45,309 nucleotides of DNA from a virus. The notes under the pieces are model-generated. The model searched no databases. It was not told the DNA's origin and saw nothing but the letters and a program-made list of their open reading frames with translations. A program made the position numbers and the translations under genes. The DNA lies in the IMG/VR virus record IMGVR_UViG_3300005294_000003, positions 1-45,309 of that record. The stretch is one strand, 5' to 3'. Positions 40,500-45,309 of the stretch are shown here, piece by piece. How positions within the stretch are numbered: position 1 is the stretch's first letter; every line of letters starts with the position of its first letter.

Positions 40500-40674
40500 C
40501 TGTGATCTCCACCCACGCGCCGTAGGCAGGATTGGTTGGCGACATATAGCGTTGGACTCGAACTGCAATGGTACCGTCCATTAAACGGCATGAATGTCCA
40601 TTAATCCAGGTATGATCTTTAACTTTTGCTACAACCCTAGCCTCGGCCGCCGCCATTGTTGCAAACGCCGCCAT
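40483..40674 (-). CDS. Hypothetical protein (63 aa)
   Basis: ORF in operon, overlaps next start by 17 nt. Confidence 0.4.
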   Translation of the reverse strand: MAAFATMAAAEARVVAKVKDHTWINGHSCRLMDGTIAVRVQRYMSPTNPAYGAWVEITDDATD

Positions 40675-40684
40675 TTCTTTCTCC

Positions 40685-41335
40685 TTATACTAGAATGATT
40701 TTAACTCTAGGAACCTCAGTTGGTGCCTCCCGTACAGGAACTACATTGGCCGGGCCTACCGCTTCGCGGCAGCGCACTATTCCAGCGCCTCCAACTTCAA
40801 CAGTCTGAACAGGAACTACATTCCTAATGAAACCTACTAGATAGCGTATAGGAACAACACCAATTGATGAGGCCGGAGGCTCAGCCTCACCACTATCTAT
40901 TAATGCAACTAACACTGCGTCATCTAGTAACTTATTAAGATTAGCTTGCACATCAACTACTGCCGTACCGGAGGCCGTCATATCCTCCAACAACTTATTT
41001 AATGCAGCTTGAACTTCTATTTTAGATACTGCATCTAGAATTATGCTATCTAGTGTTTTAGACATAACTGCTTGGACTTCAACTGCCATTGCTGATGTTA
41101 ACCCAACGCCCTCCAGGGTCTTTGCTAGAATAGCCTGAACCTCAACTTTAGTTGTTGCTACTAAACCAATATCTTCAAGAGTGGCAGTTAAAACTGCTGT
41201 AGTACCGCCAGCAGCAGGCGCAAACGATATTGAGGCAGGGCCACCCCAATAAACCAATGTCCAAGGCTCGGCCGGAGGGCCGAACCCTTGTATAATTGGT
41301 GCCACATCATGTAGTGTCCAGTCGTTAATGGCCAT
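40685..41335 (-). CDS. Repeat-containing protein: five 21-aa repeats plus C-terminal VPIRY domain (216 aa)
   Basis: (V/I)(E/D)VQAxLxK(T/L)L(E/D) recurs at residues 64, 85, 106, 127 (and degenerate at 43); C-terminus paralogous to ORF 42425-42616. Confidence 0.55.
   Translation of the reverse strand: MAINDWTLHDVAPIIQGFGPPAEPWTLVYWGGPASISFAPAAGGTTAVLTATLEDIGLVATTKVEVQAILAKTLEGVGLTSAMAVEVQAVMSKTLDSIILDAVSKIEVQAALNKLLEDMTASGTAVVDVQANLNKLLDDAVLVALIDSGEAEPPASSIGVVPIRYLVGFIRNVVPVQTVEVGGAGIVRCREAVGPANVVPVREAPTEVPRVKIILV
40895..41209. repeat. Five tandem 63-bp (21-codon) repeats inside CDS 40685-41335
   Basis: Protein-level period exactly 21 residues; nucleotide units such as cttattaagattagcttgcacatcaac / cttatttaatgcagcttgaacttctat visible. 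Confidence 0.7.
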
Positions 41336-42018
41336 TATGCTGTATCTATCTCGTCTGCGACTAGCTGCAAATTAAACTTTCTAGTATCAGATGTAGTACC
41401 AGCCACGTCTTGATAGACTACGAAACCTTCGCCCGGCCTAAACACCGGCCAATCATCTTCATCTTCGCCAGGGTCGATAACATCTATGAAGTCTGGATGA
41501 TAAGCACCGACGGCTGTTAAAGCCCCGGTCAAACCTATCGTTCCAAAACCTATACCAACATGGACTACTGTAGTTCCAGTGTTTGCTAATGAAAATAAAC
41601 AAGCTGGAGTGATGTGCACCAATGAATCATTAATATTAGGTGCAAGTAAAGCACCAGACAAACCACCTGACGATGTATAACGTCGTACAAGAAGGCGTGG
41701 CGCTGTTGGTGTGGCTAATGCAGTTGAATGTTGTGAGGAAGCTGAAAGACGGCGTAGACGCATAGCCTTACCACTAACAGTGGAAGGCATATGCCCAAAT
41801 AGCATACCTGCGGTTGTACCATTTTGGGCTGCTGCTAGAACAGTATTTTGAACTAATGCAAGACGATAAATAGATAAAATCTTAGCTTGACGAGTTTGAA
41901 CATAATAATGCTCAAATACTGTATTAGCACCAACAACTTGTGACTGGCCTCTAATCTTAGGGCCAGCACCAGCACTATCATCTGGTAATTTAATAATCGC
42001 AGGAACAGGTGCTGCCAT
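41335..42018 (-). CDS. Hypothetical virion-module protein (227 aa)
   Basis: ORF with 1-nt overlaps to both neighbours. Confidence 0.5.
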   Translation of the reverse strand: MAAPVPAIIKLPDDSAGAGPKIRGQSQVVGANTVFEHYYVQTRQAKILSIYRLALVQNTVLAAAQNGTTAGMLFGHMPSTVSGKAMRLRRLSASSQHSTALATPTAPRLLVRRYTSSGGLSGALLAPNINDSLVHITPACLFSLANTGTTVVHVGIGFGTIGLTGALTAVGAYHPDFIDVIDPGEDEDDWPVFRPGEGFVVYQDVAGTTSDTRKFNLQLVADEIDTA

Positions 42019-42425
42019 TATGCATTCCCATCTGTCAAGGTGAACCCTGTGACAGTTATAGGTTGGTTAATTTCCACGACAGGATTGGCAACCGTCATGT
42101 CACCGCCACCGCCTGTGATCGTTACCGTACCTTGCATATGTTGTGTAACACCGTCGGTGGCATAGATACGGAAATGACCTATAGTACCGGCAGCGTCAGA
42201 TAACAAATCTTCCCACGTCCCGGCCTTAGCTTTTGAGCCTGCGGCTGCGGCAGCCATCCAATCACTTGGCAAGTTTAGTGTTGCGACTATTGTACCAGAA
42301 TCAGCATCAGTTATTAAGGCTGGGGGAGCCCCGGTCCTTAACTTCAAAATCGCGCTAACGCCAATGACAGACTCTATTGAATCAAGTCTACCATTGCGTA
42401 CCGCCACCGACATCTTGATAGTCAT
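42018..42425 (-). CDS. Hypothetical virion-module protein (135 aa)
   Basis: ORF; pattern LKLRTGAPPALITDADSGTIVATLNLP...GHFRIYATDG seen in small structural proteins of other podoviruses (recollection). Confidence 0.5.
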   Translation of the reverse strand: MTIKMSVAVRNGRLDSIESVIGVSAILKLRTGAPPALITDADSGTIVATLNLPSDWMAAAAAGSKAKAGTWEDLLSDAAGTIGHFRIYATDGVTQHMQGTVTITGGGGDMTVANPVVEINQPITVTGFTLTDGNA

Positions 42426-42616
42426 TATGGAATTATCACTATCAACACTCTAGGAACTTCACTAATTACTTCACGAACAGGTACAACGTGACCAGGGCCG
42501 ACAAAAGCACGGCAAGGAACAATGCCGATGCCACCAACTCCGACTGTCTTGACGGGGACAATGTTGTCATCCAAGCCTTCAACATAACGTATAGGTACAA
42601 TGTTGTTCTCAGCCAT
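42425..42616 (-). CDS. Stand-alone VPIRY-domain protein (63 aa)
   Basis: About 60% identical by eye to the C-terminal 57 aa of ORF 40685-41335. Confidence 0.55.
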   Translation of the reverse strand: MAENNIVPIRYVEGLDDNIVPVKTVGVGGIGIVPCRAFVGPGHVVPVREVISEVPRVLIVIIP

Positions 42617-43095
42617 TATAGTTTGTGCTCTCTCTTGAAGTTATCCAACGCAGCGCTAGCCTTGGCTAGCGCCATTTCCTTCTCTTCAACCTTTTTAACA
42701 AGATCTTTCATTCTGTCATTTAACTCCGCTTCACGCTTCTTGAAATCATTTTCCATCTTTATTGCAGCATCACTAACATTTACTGCCTTCTTTGTCACTT
42801 CTGCGATTTCGGCTTCCGTCTTCTTCCTGGCCTCTTCCGTTTGTTTGCGCAATTGCGTTTTAGTATTGTTAAAATCTATATCCAATTGAGCTTTAGCTTT
42901 TTCAGTAGCTGTAATTTCATTTTTCATTCCATCCAATCGAGCTTTGGCATTTTTAGCAGTATCAACCAATAGCTCAATTTTACGTAATGACATATTTTGA
43001 CGTTCCCAATTAGTCCTCTCCGCTTGCATCTGTCGTAGTGTTGCCAACGCCTCTTCATCTGTCATTACTAAAACACCTATTTGGTCAGCCATCAT
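42616..43095 (-). CDS. Coiled-coil protein (159 aa)
   Basis: Lys/Glu/Ala-rich heptad-like sequence throughout. Confidence 0.5.
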   Translation of the reverse strand: MMADQIGVLVMTDEEALATLRQMQAERTNWERQNMSLRKIELLVDTAKNAKARLDGMKNEITATEKAKAQLDIDFNNTKTQLRKQTEEARKKTEAEIAEVTKKAVNVSDAAIKMENDFKKREAELNDRMKDLVKKVEEKEMALAKASAALDNFKREHKL

Positions 43096-43730
43096 ATCCC
43101 TCCAAAATAGCGGTTAGTCCATCCAGACATACTACGTACTGCTTTCTTAAATGCTGGTACACGTGCCATTTCTCTAGTTAATTGTTCTAGAATACCTTTG
43201 TCACTCCCATTGTTTCCATTGCCATAATGATTACCAGTAGATTCTGCTTCAAAGAATCTACGCATTTGCATACCTGGACATCCCGCCAGAATGATACGTT
43301 CAGCCCCCATAATCCATGCAATTTGCATTGCGAAATAGCCACTCAAAGCCATAACTGGTGTTAAATTCTGCCAATGAAAATCACTGAACGGCTTCGCCTC
43401 ATAGGTATGATAACGAGTAGTCTCACCTCGCGTAGCATGATTCCATCTAACTGTTTTCCAGGCTCCAAGATAGTCAGCATGCAATGAAACCCAATGATCT
43501 AATTTAGGTAAGTACATACCAATGTCGTTTACTGCAAAAATTACTGGATCTTTAGTTTGTTTCATCGCCCGTTCAAGATCGTGAAACACACTAACTGCAT
43601 TACCACAAACGATAACAGTACGGGAATGTAGCGTATCAATGAGTTGAGCCACATTCCCTTGGCCCGCATATCCACGGACTTCCCACGTTGCATTGTGAGT
43701 TCCCATAGATTCTGCGTTTCGTACTGTCAT
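43092..43730 (-). CDS. Rossmann-like DUF115/Maf- or sialyltransferase-like protein (212 aa)
   Basis: RTVIVCGNAVSV...PVIFAVNDIGMYLPKLDHWVSLHADYL...ALSGYFAMQIAWIMGAERIILAGCPG follows the GxGPS / PD..v..D / G.D.. layout of DUF115-type enzymes. Confidence 0.4.
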   Translation of the reverse strand: MTVRNAESMGTHNATWEVRGYAGQGNVAQLIDTLHSRTVIVCGNAVSVFHDLERAMKQTKDPVIFAVNDIGMYLPKLDHWVSLHADYLGAWKTVRWNHATRGETTRYHTYEAKPFSDFHWQNLTPVMALSGYFAMQIAWIMGAERIILAGCPGMQMRRFFEAESTGNHYGNGNNGSDKGILEQLTREMARVPAFKKAVRSMSGWTNRYFGGI

Positions 43731-43742
43731 CTTTTCCTCTAG

Positions 43743-44219
43743 TTAAGCCGGTTTAATGCAGATGAAACAACCCCTAACGGTCTTGCCAACCACAGGGTTA
43801 GCACCACGCCACTCACCCAACACGATAACATCAGCCGTTGGGCGATACATGAAACCTGCAAATGCTAAACGACCGAAACCAGCCTCTAGAGGACCACCTG
43901 ATGCAGTGTAAAACTCAGCGGCGATCATATAACGATCGTCGTCTGTTGCATCACCAATCTGGAACGTACCGTTTGTACCGGCTGACGCCCAGATATTATC
44001 ACCAGAAACATGCAACGCGATTGGCATCCAGTTAGCAGGAATAACACATAACTGAACCTTATCGCGTGCGCCCGCTGATGCCCCGCCAATTTCACCTGAC
44101 ACTACTGTATGACGGAATGGAATTGGCACCAACATACCATGTAGATCACGAGCATCGACTAGATACTTATTAACATGAACTGCAGTGTATAGCGCGGAAG
44201 CACGAGTAACAGCACCCAT
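43743..44219 (-). CDS. Hypothetical protein next to capsid gene (158 aa), decoration/cement candidate
   Basis: Position immediately downstream of the capsid gene; beta-rich; no motif. Confidence 0.4.
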   Translation of the reverse strand: MGAVTRASALYTAVHVNKYLVDARDLHGMLVPIPFRHTVVSGEIGGASAGARDKVQLCVIPANWMPIALHVSGDNIWASAGTNGTFQIGDATDDDRYMIAAEFYTASGGPLEAGFGRLAFAGFMYRPTADVIVLGEWRGANPVVGKTVRGCFICIKPA

Positions 44220-44240
44220 TTTAGGTCTCCTCCTTTCCTA

Positions 44241-45185
44241 TTAGTTCTCTAGTGCGCTAACTTGAACAACCGCAGCTTCGAAAACTCTCACGGCGGCTTG
44301 CATCATCTTCTGTTTCACTTGGATAGGATCACCCATCAACCAATGGGCTACGGCAACCGATGGCGCACCTTGCGGTCTACCGATTGAAAGACCAACCGCA
44401 CCACGATAGAATGCAATGCACGCACGCTCTGTAGCACTGATAAGTGGCAGCATGGTTTGTAGCGTAGTACCATCAATCTGCACAACGTCTGCCATGCATA
44501 GCCAGTCGAAACCTTGCCAACTCAAACCACTGATAGTACCACGATCATGGATTTGATTCTTAGTGAAGTCACTGCTGGAAGCCTGTGTGATTGCCATAAT
44601 ATCTACTTCTTGACCAGCAGTATACAGGAACTTACGTTCTGCAGGACCCATCGGCACACTAGCCTTTGAAAGCTTAGTATGTGCTGCGATGATTCTGATA
44701 AGATCCATTGCTGTCGCCCCGCCCAACTTCTGCGATGACGGCAATGCAATAGTGCTGTATGTGATGATACCACTGCCAGAGGTTACTGTTGCGATTTGTG
44801 CTGAACCTAGAAGTGCATCAATAATGTGCTTGTCACCACGGCGGGCGATGGCACCAACGATTGTTTCAGTCTGTGCGGACTGAGGATCGGCCATACTACG
44901 TAGCGTATCTTCGTCTGCAACCATTACAGTCGCATTACTAGACTGCAATGTCACAGCACGCTTGCTACTTGGTGGGTTCAGAATCAAGTTTTGACCGTAT
45001 GGATCAACCACGTCATTTGCAATGACGAGGCCCATACGCTCATGATGATCTATTGCAGCACGAACATCACGATGAACCATGCCTGGCAGTAGAAACCCAT
45101 CAAGCATGCCTCGCATCTGTTGATAGGTCAACAGAATCTGAGAGTGAAACCTATATACCCAATGTTGGTCTGCTGTGACTGACAT
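44241..45185 (-). CDS. Major capsid protein (314 aa)
   Basis: Very strong GGGAGGG SD; DEDTLRSMADPQSAQTETIVGAIARRGDKHIIDALLGSA resembles P22-coat/BPP-1-type capsid proteins; follows scaffold across the junction. Confidence 0.7.
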   Translation of the reverse strand: MSVTADQHWVYRFHSQILLTYQQMRGMLDGFLLPGMVHRDVRAAIDHHERMGLVIANDVVDPYGQNLILNPPSSKRAVTLQSSNATVMVADEDTLRSMADPQSAQTETIVGAIARRGDKHIIDALLGSAQIATVTSGSGIITYSTIALPSSQKLGGATAMDLIRIIAAHTKLSKASVPMGPAERKFLYTAGQEVDIMAITQASSSDFTKNQIHDRGTISGLSWQGFDWLCMADVVQIDGTTLQTMLPLISATERACIAFYRGAVGLSIGRPQGAPSVAVAHWLMGDPIQVKQKMMQAAVRVFEAAVVQVSALEN

Positions 45186-45207
45186 TTCTTCCCTCCCACT
45201 AGTAATT

Positions 45208-45247
45208 CAAAAAGCGGTGAGGGTGCCCGGACAACCCGGACCCCACC
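45208..45247 (-). terminator. Hairpin plus U5 about 20 nt upstream of the capsid-gene SD (attenuator/terminator-like)
   Basis: Minus-strand RNA GGUGGGG...CCGG-loop-CCGG...CCCUCACC followed by GCUUUUUGAAUU. Confidence 0.4.
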
Positions 45248-45267
45248 TACGGCACTAACGTGCGCCG

Positions 45268-45309
45268 TTGGCGGTCACTTGAAAACCTCCGGCCTGTGAC
45301 GGCGGGTAT
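45268..45309. repeat. Terminal overlap copy 2 (identical to 1-42)
   Basis: Exact 42-nt identity with window start. Confidence 0.95.

Noticed and set aside
40234-42889. Plus-strand ORFs 40234-40584, 42009-42203 and 42488-42889
   Set aside because: They are antisense to overlap-linked minus-strand genes, have low-complexity composition and lack an SD.

Overview
The window is a complete, self-closing dsDNA tailed-phage genome with a podovirus-like gene set. Bases 1-42 are identical to 45268-45309, giving a unique length of 45267 bp. Two gene arms diverge from a ~1.8-kb ORF-poor, GC-rich control region (about 6600-8440) and converge at about 23560-23680. The rightward (+) arm (8443-23559) carries sigma70-type early promoters and many tiny Cys-rich ORFs. 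It also encodes a SprT-like::SNF2 ATPase, wHTH and RHH regulators, a Cas4/RecB-like nuclease, a Sak4-like ATPase and a DUF669-like protein. Its family-A DNA polymerase has a UDG-like N-domain and is split in two by a pair of MazG-like genes; a P-loop/wHTH replication protein ends the arm. The leftward (-) arm runs 6552 -> 64 and continues across the junction 45185 -> 23680. It encodes small regulators, terminase, portal, scaffold and major capsid protein, then unknown head/neck proteins. These are followed by four consecutive signal-peptide proteins (one a beta-helix enzyme), tail fibre, tubular proteins A/B, internal virion proteins and a 5-gene lysis cassette. Enzyme-like genes (Maf/DUF115-like, SAM methyltransferase, YkgJ CxxCxxCC, GNAT-like) are scattered through the virion block. 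The control region holds three perfect DnaA boxes, phased 10-bp repeats, GGGCA-N3-TGCCC palindromes and an ~11% GC island flanked by oppositely oriented GTGACACTG motifs. I recognised no tRNA, rRNA, CRISPR array, integrase, transposase or phage RNA polymerase. All family calls come from reading motifs by eye in the supplied translations, with no database search, so product names are hypotheses. Several start codons were moved from the ORF track to sites with better Shine-Dalgarno sequences or start/stop overlap.
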